DNA of 64,000 nucleotides from Candidatus Zhuqueibacterota bacterium. Lineage in GTDB: Bacteria; Zhuqueibacterota; Zhuqueibacteria; Thermofontimicrobiales; Thermofontimicrobiaceae. The position numbers and the translations under genes are program-made. Location: positions 96,001 to 160,000 of the forward strand of contig JBMOPW010000020.1 of NCBI GenBank assembly GCA_049322915.1, read 5' to 3'. This document shows positions 1 to 9,497 of the stretch, in pieces. The notes under the pieces were generated by a model, which was given only the letters and a program-made list of their open reading frames with translations, ran no database searches and was not told the origin of the DNA. Every line of letters begins with the position of its first letter. Positions within the stretch are counted from its first letter, which is position 1.

Positions 1-732
1 CTGGATGTTCAGGTGACGCAATCAACATATAGCCGCGATTTTCTCAGGCTGAAGCACATCCCTGATCTGACGGAGTTGCCTTCGTTTCAGCAGGGATGGT
101 TCACTGTGCAGGATGTGAGCGCCGGGTTGCCCTGCATTTTGATCGATCCGAAACCGGGGGAACGGATCATCGATTTGTGCGCTGCCCCAGGCGGCAAATC
201 AACGTACATGGCCGAACTCGCCGGCGATGAAGCCGTGCTGCTGGCGGTTGATAGAAATTATGCCCGACTCAATCTTGTCAGGCAAACGGTGAAGCGGTTG
301 GGATTGCGTTCGATTCAATTTGCTCAGGCCGATGGCGTTAATTTTTCCAGCCAACCTGTCGACAAAATCCTTGTGGATGCGCCATGCTCTGGCCTGGGTG
401 TTCTGTCGAAACGCGTTGATCTGCGCTGGAAACGAACTCCTGAGCAAATTCACGAATTAGCGGAAATTCAACTGAACCTGCTGAACAACGCCGCCCAATT
501 CGTGCGAACCGGCGGCGTGCTGGTCTATTGCACCTGTACCATTGACCCGGAGGAAAATGAACGCGTGGTCGAGGCATTTTTAGCAGGCCATACCTATTTT
601 GAAATTGAAGATGCGTCGCTGTTCATTGGGAGAGAATTGACCCAGCCCGATGGCAGCGTGAGGACTTTGCCACATCGGCACGGCATGGATGGCTCATTTG
701 CAGTACGATTGGTCAAGAAGAGCGAGGATTAA
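1..732 (+). CDS. rsmB: 16S rRNA m5C967 methyltransferase RsmB/Sun, 5'-truncated by the window edge
   Basis: Frame open from base 1. Motifs VQD, DLCAAPGGKS, ILVDAPCSGLG, YCTCT..EENE and DGSF are typical of the RsmB/NOL1 family. Confidence 0.88.
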   Translation: MDVQVTQSTYSRDFLRLKHIPDLTELPSFQQGWFTVQDVSAGLPCILIDPKPGERIIDLCAAPGGKSTYMAELAGDEAVLLAVDRNYARLNLVRQTVKRLGLRSIQFAQADGVNFSSQPVDKILVDAPCSGLGVLSKRVDLRWKRTPEQIHELAEIQLNLLNNAAQFVRTGGVLVYCTCTIDPEENERVVEAFLAGHTYFEIEDASLFIGRELTQPDGSVRTLPHRHGMDGSFAVRLVKKSED

Positions 733-738
733 TTGCGT

Positions 739-1515
739 ATGATAGAATGGATTAAAGAAAACAGGATGATCCTATTAAAAAAAGCAGGAATACTTTTCGG
801 TATTCTGCTGGTCATTTATTTCATTTTCGACGTGTTGATTATGCCGCTGTACACGCGGCACGGGCAGCAAATAACCGTGCCTGACCTTGCCAATTTAATT
901 TACGAAGATGCGCGCGAACAACTGGACCGCCTCGATCTTGTCGTCGTGGAGGAATCGAAGAAATACGATTCCAGCAACCAATTTCCCATCGGCACCATTA
1001 TGAGCCAGAGTCCCCGGCCGGGTGCGACGGTGAAAAAAGGCCGGCGAATCTATGTCATTGTCAGCAAAGGAGAGCCGAGCCTGGAAATGCCGCAACTGGT
1101 TCATCGCTCCGAGCGCAATGCCATTTTTATGGTTAAAAATCTGGGCCTTGCTCTGCGGGACGTGCGGTACGATCATTCGGACGTCATCCCGGAGGGCGCT
1201 GTGTATTTTCAGAATATTCCGCCGGGCTCTGAGGTGAAAACCGGCACGCTCGTGGATATCGGCGTCAGTCTGGGACGTTTCCCGGATCGGTTCATTGTGC
1301 CGGCGCTCGTCGGCCGGAGTCTCCCTGATGCCAAAAAAATTATCATCCAGGCCGGGCTGACTATTGGAGATATTAAGTACGAAATTGATGAAAATCTTTT
1401 GCCGAATACAATCATTGCGCAATCCGTGAAAGAGAACGAAGTGGTCAATCAGGGCGACAGCATCGACCTGGTGGTGAGCCGGGAACCGGATCGGGACGGG
1501 GGAGCCATCCAATGA
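739..1515 (+). CDS. PASTA domain-containing membrane protein (three PASTA repeats)
   Basis: N-terminal TM helix, then repeats beginning VPDL, MPQL and VPALVG, with QSPRPG..VKKGR.I.V.VSKG-type ends. ATG at 739 preferred over the TTG at 733. Confidence 0.85.
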   Translation: MIEWIKENRMILLKKAGILFGILLVIYFIFDVLIMPLYTRHGQQITVPDLANLIYEDAREQLDRLDLVVVEESKKYDSSNQFPIGTIMSQSPRPGATVKKGRRIYVIVSKGEPSLEMPQLVHRSERNAIFMVKNLGLALRDVRYDHSDVIPEGAVYFQNIPPGSEVKTGTLVDIGVSLGRFPDRFIVPALVGRSLPDAKKIIIQAGLTIGDIKYEIDENLLPNTIIAQSVKENEVVNQGDSIDLVVSREPDRDGGAIQ

Positions 1516-2186
1516 TTTTAATTGCGCCTTCCATATTGGCCGCCGACTTTGCCAGGCTGAAAGAGCAGGTGGCGGAGGTCGAACGCGCCGGCGCCGATTG
1601 GATTCATGTGGACATTATGGATGGCCATTTTGTGCCCAATCTGACGTTCGGCCCGGACGTGGTTGCTGCCGTTCGAAAGATGACCCGACTTTTTCTGGAT
1701 GTTCACCTGATGGTGCAGGAACCGGATTTCATCATTCCCCGTTTCCGCGAAGCAGGGGCGGAAATGATCACGATTCAGGTGGAGGCGGTGAGACATATTC
1801 ATCGCTCGCTCCAGTTGATTCATGATTGCGGCGCACAGGCCGGCGTTGCTCTGAATCCCGGTACCCCGGCAGCGAGTCTGGAAGCGATTTTGCCGGATGT
1901 GCAGCTCATTTTGGCCATGACAGTCAATCCCGGCTATGGGGGTCAGCGGTTCATTCCCTCGGTAGTTCCCAAAATTGCCCGGATCGCGGAGCAGATCAAA
2001 GACCAGCATCGGCACATCCACCTGCAAGTGGATGGCGGCGTCGACGCGGAAACAGCGCCGATTGTGGCTCAGGCCGGAGCGGATGTTCTGGTTGCCGGCA
2101 CATCGGTATTTCGGCAGGACGATATTCCGGCCGCTATGAAAAAGCTCAGGCAGAGCGCTGCGCCGGAGATCAGTCGACAGGCTTGA
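1512..2186 (+). CDS. rpe: Ribulose-phosphate 3-epimerase
   Basis: IAPSILAADF, HVDIMDGHFVPN, DVHLMV, MTVNPGYGGQ, VDGGV and VAGT motifs. Confidence 0.97.
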   Translation: MILIAPSILAADFARLKEQVAEVERAGADWIHVDIMDGHFVPNLTFGPDVVAAVRKMTRLFLDVHLMVQEPDFIIPRFREAGAEMITIQVEAVRHIHRSLQLIHDCGAQAGVALNPGTPAASLEAILPDVQLILAMTVNPGYGGQRFIPSVVPKIARIAEQIKDQHRHIHLQVDGGVDAETAPIVAQAGADVLVAGTSVFRQDDIPAAMKKLRQSAAPEISRQA

Positions 2187-2233
2187 CCCGGGATGAATCA
2201 ACGGATATATTTTCAGCGAGTTGAAGGAGGAAC

Positions 2234-2488
2234 ATGCTCACTTACCGTGGTGTTGTGAAGTGGTTCGATGAAATTAAAGGGTACGGTTACATTCAATGCG
2301 ATGAGAAGAAGACAGAGGTGTTTGTCCATTTTTCCGATATCGTGCAGGAAAAGGGATTCAGAACTCTGGCGCCGGGGACGCTCGTTGAGTTTGAAATGAT
2401 TTCTGGCGAACATGGACCCAGGGCCATGAATGTCGTTAAGCTGGCCGAGCAACTTGTCAACAGGCCCAATGTGAAAAAAATGGGGTGA
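2234..2488 (+). CDS. Cold-shock domain protein
   Basis: GVVKWFDEIKGYGYI (RNP1) and VFVHFS (RNP2); strong RBS AAGGAGG. Confidence 0.93.
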   Translation: MLTYRGVVKWFDEIKGYGYIQCDEKKTEVFVHFSDIVQEKGFRTLAPGTLVEFEMISGEHGPRAMNVVKLAEQLVNRPNVKKMG

Positions 2489-2553
2489 AATGAGCGGCCA
2501 ATCGGCACTTCGGGTGACCGGTTTTGTTGAAGCTAATTTTATCAACCGAGGCG

Positions 2554-3009
2554 ATGATGAAAAAACTTTTCGGTGAAGCAGACATAAAAAAAATTGCAAA
2601 GATCCTCAATTGTGATTGGAAATTCCGCGGCAACAACTACCGGCTGATGCTCGAAGATGAGGCCAATAATCGGAAGCTGTTTCTCGAAATTTACCCGGAT
2701 ATTCAAATCGGACCTGAGATAGGAAATCTGATTTCAGTGTACACGGCAAATACCCATTTGCAGCTTCATTTTTGCCAGGGCTTTGTTGTGAGCGAAATGT
2801 TGGGAGAAGTGACTTTTTACAATGAAAAACAGGGGTCTGTCAATGGCCTGATTGTGGAGCGCGAGGTCGGATGTTCGATGTACTCGAATGTGGATCGTCG
2901 CGTGCTTTCCGGCGATTTTTCAAATATGGGGCCGGAAGTGATGCTCGGCGGCATTGCCATGTCATTGACAGAACATATGTTGGATGCACATACGAATCGC
3001 CAGGAATAG
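2554..3009 (+). CDS. Hypothetical protein
   Basis: About 150-aa ORF that fills the operon gap; GAGG precedes ATG at 2554; no motif recognised. Confidence 0.7.
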   Translation: MMKKLFGEADIKKIAKILNCDWKFRGNNYRLMLEDEANNRKLFLEIYPDIQIGPEIGNLISVYTANTHLQLHFCQGFVVSEMLGEVTFYNEKQGSVNGLIVEREVGCSMYSNVDRRVLSGDFSNMGPEVMLGGIAMSLTEHMLDAHTNRQE

Positions 3010-3012
3010 GAA

Positions 3013-3942
3013 TTGTCAGATCGAATCATGGAAACGAATGTCGATGAATTTATAAATTTTTTGATCGTCGAACGGAATTTAGCGAAGAATACGATTGAAG
3101 CCTATGCGACCGACTTGAACCATTACATCGATTTTTTATCCACACGTAACGTGCAACAGGTCGGGCAGATAAAGATGGAAGATGTGCTGGCATATCTGAC
3201 AGCGCTTCAGCGACAGGATTATTCGACACTGACTGTTGCCCGGCATTTATCCGCAATCAGGATGTTCCACCGATTTTTAATGGCTGAAAATATCACCACC
3301 AACAGCCCCGTTGAAAATATCGATTCCCCCAAATTGGCAAAGCGAATACCCATCGTCCTGGATCAGTCCGAGATCGGGCGATTATTAGCCCAGCCTGACA
3401 TCACAAATCCGCGAGGATTGCGCGATCGGGCGTTGCTCGAATTTGCCTATGCGACCGGGGTGCGCGTTTCCGAATTGCTGTCCGTTGAACTGGAAAATGT
3501 GCTGTTCGCTGATCAACTGGTTCGCATCGTGGGCAAGGGGTCCAGAGTGCGGCTCATTCCCATCGGCGAGCAGGCTCTGTATTTTGTGGACCAATATCTC
3601 AAAACGAGCCGGCCGATTTTGAAGCGAAAAACCGGCGAGATTCCCACCGTCTTCGTGAGCCATTTAGGGCGTCCGTTAACGCGGATGGGTTTCTGGAAAA
3701 TACTGAGAAAGTACGCGGTACAGGCCAACATCTCCAAACACATTTCGCCGCATAGCATTCGGCATTCCTTTGCAACACATTTGATCGAGGGCGGGGCAGA
3801 CCTGCGGGCTGTGCAGGAAATGCTGGGGCATGTCAATATTTCCACGACGCAAATTTACACACACCTCGACCGCGAGTATTTGAAAGAGATTCACCGGACA
3901 TTTCATCCAAGAGAACGTGAGTATTATAAAAAACGAATGTAA
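3013..3942 (+). CDS. xerD: Site-specific tyrosine recombinase XerD
   Basis: LAKNTIEAY, RDRALLEFAYATGVRVSEL, GKG, SPHSIRHSFATHL, VQEMLGH..ISTTQIYTH, FHPR. True start may be ATG 3028. Confidence 0.92.
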   Translation: MSDRIMETNVDEFINFLIVERNLAKNTIEAYATDLNHYIDFLSTRNVQQVGQIKMEDVLAYLTALQRQDYSTLTVARHLSAIRMFHRFLMAENITTNSPVENIDSPKLAKRIPIVLDQSEIGRLLAQPDITNPRGLRDRALLEFAYATGVRVSELLSVELENVLFADQLVRIVGKGSRVRLIPIGEQALYFVDQYLKTSRPILKRKTGEIPTVFVSHLGRPLTRMGFWKILRKYAVQANISKHISPHSIRHSFATHLIEGGADLRAVQEMLGHVNISTTQIYTHLDREYLKEIHRTFHPREREYYKKRM

Positions 3943-3965
3943 GTTAAATATGAGATTGGTTAAGA

Positions 3966-4769
3966 ATGACATCTGGATTCAGTTTTGATTTGTTATCAGA
4001 AGAGAAGATTCGCGCATCGCTCGAAGGGACAACATTTGTCAATAAAATATACGCGTTCTGGACGGTGAGCTCCACGAATAATTTTGCCTATAAACTGGCC
4101 ATGCATGGTTTGGACGAAGGGACGCTGGTGATTGCCGAAGAACAGTCCCATGGTCGTGGCAGAAAAGCGCGCGTGTGGGATTCGCAATTCAACCAGGGAT
4201 TATGGTTTTCTCTCATTTTACGGCCGGACATTGCCGCGTCCAAAGTAGGGCTGCTGCCGTTTTTAGCCAGCGTTTCCATTGCTGAAGCTGTGGAATCCCT
4301 CATCGGCCTTCGACCGGAATTGAAATGGCCCAACGACGCGCTGCTGGCGGGGAAGAAGTTCTGCGGCATTTTATCTGAAGTTGAATTTATCAATGGTCGG
4401 ATAAAATTCATCATTCTGGGAATTGGATTGAATGTCAATCACAAGCCCGATGATTTCTCCCCGGCCATCCGGGAACAGGCCACCTCCCTGCGCATTCAAG
4501 CTGGAATTCGAATCAATCGGACCGATCTGTTAGCGCACATTCTACGACGATTTGAAATTAATTACAGCTCTTTCAAATCGAATGGGATTTCGCCAATCCT
4601 GAAGCAATGGAAGGCCCGCTGCTCCCGATTGGGCAAGAGCATTCAGGTCGTGCAGGAAGATACTCGCTATGACGGAATTTTTCAGGACATCGACAGCGAG
4701 GGATGTCTGATTCTGAAACTGAACACTGGCCAGACCCTGAAAGTAATTGCCGGAGATGTTGTGTTTTAA
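3966..4769 (+). CDS. birA: Biotin--[acetyl-CoA carboxylase] ligase (group I, no N-terminal HTH)
   Basis: SSTN, AEEQSHGRGR, LKWPND, KFCGILSE, GIGLNVN motifs and a C-terminal AGDV. Confidence 0.93.
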   Translation: MTSGFSFDLLSEEKIRASLEGTTFVNKIYAFWTVSSTNNFAYKLAMHGLDEGTLVIAEEQSHGRGRKARVWDSQFNQGLWFSLILRPDIAASKVGLLPFLASVSIAEAVESLIGLRPELKWPNDALLAGKKFCGILSEVEFINGRIKFIILGIGLNVNHKPDDFSPAIREQATSLRIQAGIRINRTDLLAHILRRFEINYSSFKSNGISPILKQWKARCSRLGKSIQVVQEDTRYDGIFQDIDSEGCLILKLNTGQTLKVIAGDVVF

Positions 4770-4943
4770 TTGTTACCCATCATTGTGGAATTTTTTGAGG
4801 ATCAATTTTTTAGTACCAGGTCACAAATAAATTCCACCATTCAAAAGAAAAATGCAACACTCAGGCAAAACATGATGTCATGGATGAAGCGGACAGAACT
4901 CTGAAAATTGAATTGTGGTTGTTGTTATCCATTTGTGATTTAA

Positions 4944-5076
4944 AAATATGAATGACCAGTTATAATTTTGGCGACTATATTATTATTGGACATACGCGTA
5001 GTGGACGGTCGCGACCGTCCACTACAGATACAAAAAAGTATCGAATTCATTGCCCATGCTTTCATCTGGTCATTCA
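4944..5076. repeat. Dispersed MITE/REP-like element, copy 1
   Basis: Perfect 28-bp palindrome GTAGTGGACGGTCGCGACCGTCCACTAC (4998-5025) inside 11-bp inverted repeats TGAATGACCAG (4949-4959) / CTGGTCATTCA (5066-5076). Second copy at 59526-59635. Confidence 0.85.
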
Positions 5077-5317
5077 AATTGAAAATTGTTTTTGGAATTT
5101 GCCAGAATAGCGGTTCAGAAATTCAGGTATTACGCACAAAGATCGCTGCGCCGGACAAATGTGTGATACATAACCGCTGGTCAAACCGCGCGATGCCGGA
5201 GGGAAGTAGCACCGGACTTCGGATATACGGCTGGCGGTTCGGGGCCGGCAATTGGCCAGCCCGGTCGAGTTTGCTTTTTTAACGACATTGGACTTTTCTA
5301 TGTTTATGGAGGATGTA

Positions 5318-6088
5318 ATGCTTCTCACAGTTGATATTGGCAATACAAACGTTGTTGTTGGAATTTACGATGGAGAAAAACTGATCGCGCACTGGCGAAT
5401 ATCCAGTCTCTACGCGCGCACCGGGGATGAATGCTGGATCCTGTTATCTTCTTTATTCCACTCGCATTCGATTGCCATTGATGCCATTGAAGGTGGAATT
5501 ATCTCTTCGGTTGTTCCCAATTTGACGCCTTCCTATCAGCAGATTCTGGAATCCTATTTCCATGTGGATCCTGTCATTGTGAGCTCTGATTTGAAACTCG
5601 ATTTGAAAATATTGTACGAAAATCCGGCATCGGTGGGCGCTGATCGCATCTGCAATGCTGTGGCCGGATTCCATAAATTCGGCGGGCCCCTTGTTATACT
5701 CGATTTTGGCACGGCAACCACATTCGATGTGGTCAATGAAAACAACGAATATCTCGGCGGTATCATCGCTCCGGGCATTGAAATGAGCGCATCGGTGCTG
5801 CATCAACGCGCGGCACGGCTGCCCAAAGTCGGCCTCAAATTTCCCGCTTCTGTCATCGGACGCACCACGGAAAGCAGCATTCAATCCGGGCTGATGTACG
5901 GCACTGTCGAATTGATCAACGGTCTGATCGCCCGAATCGAAAACGAAATGGGCAGGCAATTGAAAACTGTGGCGACCGGCGGACTGGCGAGCATCGTTAC
6001 TCCATTTACCAATAAAATTTCCAGCCTTGAACCATTCCTCACGCTGGACGGACTGCGGCTCATTTATGAACAGGTGGCCATGCGTTAA
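5318..6088 (+). CDS. coaX: Type III pantothenate kinase
   Basis: LLTVDIGNTN, SSVVP, VGADR, LDFGTATTFD, GGIIAPG and ATGG motifs; RBS GGAGG before ATG 5318. Confidence 0.96.
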   Translation: MLLTVDIGNTNVVVGIYDGEKLIAHWRISSLYARTGDECWILLSSLFHSHSIAIDAIEGGIISSVVPNLTPSYQQILESYFHVDPVIVSSDLKLDLKILYENPASVGADRICNAVAGFHKFGGPLVILDFGTATTFDVVNENNEYLGGIIAPGIEMSASVLHQRAARLPKVGLKFPASVIGRTTESSIQSGLMYGTVELINGLIARIENEMGRQLKTVATGGLASIVTPFTNKISSLEPFLTLDGLRLIYEQVAMR

Positions 6089-6754
6089 GAAAATTTAAAA
6101 TAAATTCTTGTCATCTCCATTCATGTTTCTCTGAGAAAGCCGACATATTATTGGCCTCCTCGCGGGACAATTATCATTCACTTTCCTCATTCATCATTAC
6201 CCCACAACAATCATTGTCAATGCCGCGCTGCATTTTAATGCGCGCGCGCCTGGTTTTGAATTTCTTCAATCCACCCTGCAACGGTGGATCTGATGAAATC
6301 AAATATTTATTTTCATTAAAATTTATTGGGCAATATAACGCAATTGTTATGTGATTCATACACCGCGAGGTTTTCAGTGGCATCGGTTCTCATCATGGAC
6401 AGAGATATTATTTCGTTGAATGATAATTGAAATCTGCAGACGGGTGGTAATTCATTATAAAGAAAAGTCGACATAGTAAACTGGAAAATTTTAGTTGGTT
6501 CGATTAATTTCAGTGCAGTGGCGGCAGTCATGGCGCATCGCGATGTGAAGGATGGCCGGGGCCGATTCAGTCGGATTGGCCAAAATTACCGGTTGCATTG
6601 GGTGAAATAATTCATTGAAAATATAAATAGTTGAGCCAGTGTGACATATCTGTGATTCAATGGACATACTGGTAACGTTAAATTAACGAAGCTCGCTAAT
6701 TGCATGAAAAAAAAAGAGTAAATAAATTAGCATATCATTACCATTTAATTTTTA

Positions 6755-6769
6755 TGGTATAATCTTTGC
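6755..6769 (+). promoter_or_regulatory. Putative sigma54 (-24/-12) promoter
   Basis: TGGTAT-AATCT-TTGC with GG-N10-GC spacing, upstream of an operon encoding a sigma54 activator. Confidence 0.6.
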
Positions 6770-7276
6770 CTTTTTAGGGTCTCAATCCATCCGGACTGCA
6801 ATAGACCCTGGTAGAGCACCGAACATAAATCGGTCCTGTGGAGGTTCACGCTGTCACTCATTTTTCAGGCGAATTCGAGAAAACGTCCTGTGCGGTGGGT
6901 GATAGACCGGATTCACCGGACGAACGCGAGTCAAGCCTGGCCAAAGTGCTGTCGATGCGCCCGTCATTGTCACAGCGGGAAAATGGCCGCTGGAAAATTT
7001 TAGCGTCATGCGAAGCAGGCGCGCCGGCTCACGATTCATCCTGTGAAATTCAATTCGATGTATCAGCGGGAATTTTGGCAACATCTTTGAAGCGCAGCAT
7101 GTAGCAGCGACGAAATTGCCTGCAGCAGACCTGGCTGATAATTGCCCAATTTCTCCGGAGTGAGATGAAATCAAGGCTGCCACTTGACCTCAATCCGGGG
7201 AAGAAACCAATAGTCCGGATGTCGACGCCGGGATAGACCGGCTGCCATTCTGAAAATTCTCTTTCCACTGAATGCG

Positions 7277-8017
7277 ATGACAAAACCAATTCGATCAGGT
7301 ACAACATACACGGATGATACTGTAGCTTCACCATCCACGGTTGCGGAGGATGACCAGCCCGATTTTTGGGATGTCATGATGACTGTTATCCATGATCTCA
7401 GAAATTCATTGAGCGCAATGAAAGGCTACGCCACCCTGATGATCCATGACCTGCAAGTCGATGATAAGTTGTACAGTTGCACATCAAAAATTCTGGACTG
7501 TATCATCAAGGTTGAGAATTTATTTCACGATATTCAATCCGTTGCCCGGAGTGGGAAGGTTCAGTACGAGACCGGTGAGGTGAGAAAATTAATTCAGATG
7601 AATGTCGATGCGTTTCAGTCGTCGGGGCAAAATAGCGACATCACCGTTGAGACGAGTTATCCGCCGGAAGCGATTTTCATCAGGCGCTCAACGGAAATCT
7701 TCTCCCGAATGGTGATGATTTTGCTGACGGAAATGTCATCATTTTATGAGGCAATTCGGGTTCATGTGAAAAAAGTAAACGGTGAAAGAGTCCGCTTTGT
7801 TTTTGAAGGCACGTTGAATTCCGATTTCCGAAGCGATGTGATTGGGGAAGTCGATAGCAGAAACTTCAAAAAGACAATGAATGACGTGTCGTTCCTGATA
7901 GTCAAAAAAATCATTGAAATTCACAATGGTCAGATACGATTTGAAATTGGTCGTGATTTACATGAGAGTTATGTGATCGAAATCCCTGTAGTTCAAGAGC
8001 GTTCGCTGAAAACTTGA
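7277..8017 (+). CDS. Histidine kinase-like protein with intact H-box and degenerate ATP-binding domain (possible histidine phosphotransferase)
   Basis: IHDLRNSLSAMKG H-box. N, G1 and G2 boxes are missing, although the terminal IVKKIIEIHNGQIRF segment is retained. Confidence 0.7.
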   Translation: MTKPIRSGTTYTDDTVASPSTVAEDDQPDFWDVMMTVIHDLRNSLSAMKGYATLMIHDLQVDDKLYSCTSKILDCIIKVENLFHDIQSVARSGKVQYETGEVRKLIQMNVDAFQSSGQNSDITVETSYPPEAIFIRRSTEIFSRMVMILLTEMSSFYEAIRVHVKKVNGERVRFVFEGTLNSDFRSDVIGEVDSRNFKKTMNDVSFLIVKKIIEIHNGQIRFEIGRDLHESYVIEIPVVQERSLKT

Positions 8018-8039
8018 GGCTGTTGAAAGGTAAGCAGAG

Positions 8040-9413
8040 ATGGATAATAAGAAACGATTGTTGGTCGTGGATGACGAAGTTCATACGACGGAGATGATGA
8101 AGGAGGCGCTCTCACGACCGGAGTACGAAATAAAAACTACTTACAACGCAGAGAGCGGATTGTCCCTGGTTAATAGCAGCAATTTTCATCTTGTGATTAC
8201 TGATATTCGTTTACCGCGAATGGATGGGATTGAGTTATTGAAAAGAATAAAACATAACAATCCGAATATTGGTGTCATCGTCATGACGGGCTATGCTACC
8301 GTCGAATCTGCGGTCAATGCCATGAAAATTGGCGCATTTGATTATGTAATAAAACCGTTTTCAGTGGATGATATGTGTCATACCGTATCCCGCTACTTTG
8401 AAATGTCTGAGATTAAAAATGAAAACAAAATTCTGAAGCGGCAACTGGAAGAGAAATATGGATTGGAAAATATCATTGGCAAGAGCAAAGCCATGAAGGG
8501 TATTTACGATCTGATACGGACTGTGGCGTTGAGCGACTCGACGGTGCTGATCAAAGGCGCCAGCGGCACCGGGAAGGAACTGGTTGCGCGCGCTATTTAT
8601 GCGCAGAGCCCCCGCAAAAACAAGGTCTTCATCACCGCCAACTGCGCAGCCTGGCCAGAGTCGCTGGTAGAGTCGGAATTATTCGGCCATGTGAAAGGAG
8701 CGTTTACCGGAGCAACTCAGGACAAGAAAGGCATCTTTGAGGAGGCCGATGGAGGCACCATTCTTCTGGATGAAATCAGCGAGTTGAATTATAGCCTGCA
8801 GGCAAAGCTCTTGCGGGTGCTGCAGGAACGGGAGATCATTCGCGTCGGAAGCACGGAACGGATTCCTGTGGATGTGCGAATTATTGCCACGACCAATCGC
8901 GATTTGGATACGATGATCGCTGAGAGAAAATTCAGGGAGGACTTGTTCTTCCGGCTGAATGTTGTTCCCATCACGATGCCGTCGCTGAAAGAAAAGAAAG
9001 AAGATATTTTTCCCTTGATAGACCATTTCCTGGTCAAGTTTTCGGAGAAAAATCACAAGGACGTCAGAACGCTGGCCAATGAGGTGAAGGAGCTATTCCT
9101 GGCCTATGACTGGCCGGGAAATGTGCGTGAGCTGGAAAACCTGATCGAACGCGCCATTGTCACGTCGGATAATTGCCGGGAACTCACGCTGAAAAATTTT
9201 AAAGAGCTTGTTGAAAATATGGAAAAACGATCGGCGAACTCGATCATTGTTGTGGATGAATCGCTGCTATCGCTCGCTCTTGTCGAGAAAAATCACATTG
9301 AAAAAGTGCTTCAATTATGTAAAGGCAACAAAACCCGTGCTGCCGAAGTGCTGGGTATCAGCGTTCGAACGCTCCGGAACAAGCTCAATGAATACCGGAG
9401 AGGTAAAACGTAA
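8040..9413 (+). CDS. Sigma54-dependent response regulator (REC-AAA-Fis HTH; NtrC/AtoC/FlgR type)
   Basis: Intact REC (VVDDE, ITD, KP), GASGTGKE, ESELFGHVKGAFTGA, LLDEI, WPGNVREL and C-terminal AAEVLGISVRTL. Confidence 0.95.
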   Translation: MDNKKRLLVVDDEVHTTEMMKEALSRPEYEIKTTYNAESGLSLVNSSNFHLVITDIRLPRMDGIELLKRIKHNNPNIGVIVMTGYATVESAVNAMKIGAFDYVIKPFSVDDMCHTVSRYFEMSEIKNENKILKRQLEEKYGLENIIGKSKAMKGIYDLIRTVALSDSTVLIKGASGTGKELVARAIYAQSPRKNKVFITANCAAWPESLVESELFGHVKGAFTGATQDKKGIFEEADGGTILLDEISELNYSLQAKLLRVLQEREIIRVGSTERIPVDVRIIATTNRDLDTMIAERKFREDLFFRLNVVPITMPSLKEKKEDIFPLIDHFLVKFSEKNHKDVRTLANEVKELFLAYDWPGNVRELENLIERAIVTSDNCRELTLKNFKELVENMEKRSANSIIVVDESLLSLALVEKNHIEKVLQLCKGNKTRAAEVLGISVRTLRNKLNEYRRGKT

Positions 9414-9497
9414 GTCCTGTTCCTATTGCTCCGCTCGAATTCATCTGGCCGTTGAATAGGAACGTAAAGGGCAGAGCGCATTCCCTGGGTCAGCCGA

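Noticed and set aside
3013..3942. Tyrosine recombinase as a prophage/ICE integrase
   Set aside because: Sequence and operon context match housekeeping XerD; no att-like repeats, tRNA or phage genes are nearby.
3939..3949. GTAAGTTAAAT resembling the XerD arm of a dif site
   Set aside because: No XerC arm at the required 6-bp spacing; likely chance in AT-rich sequence.
6780..7276. CsrB-like sRNA suggested by repeated GGA motifs
   Set aside because: About 11 GGA in 500 nt is close to chance expectation, and they are not in regular hairpin loops.
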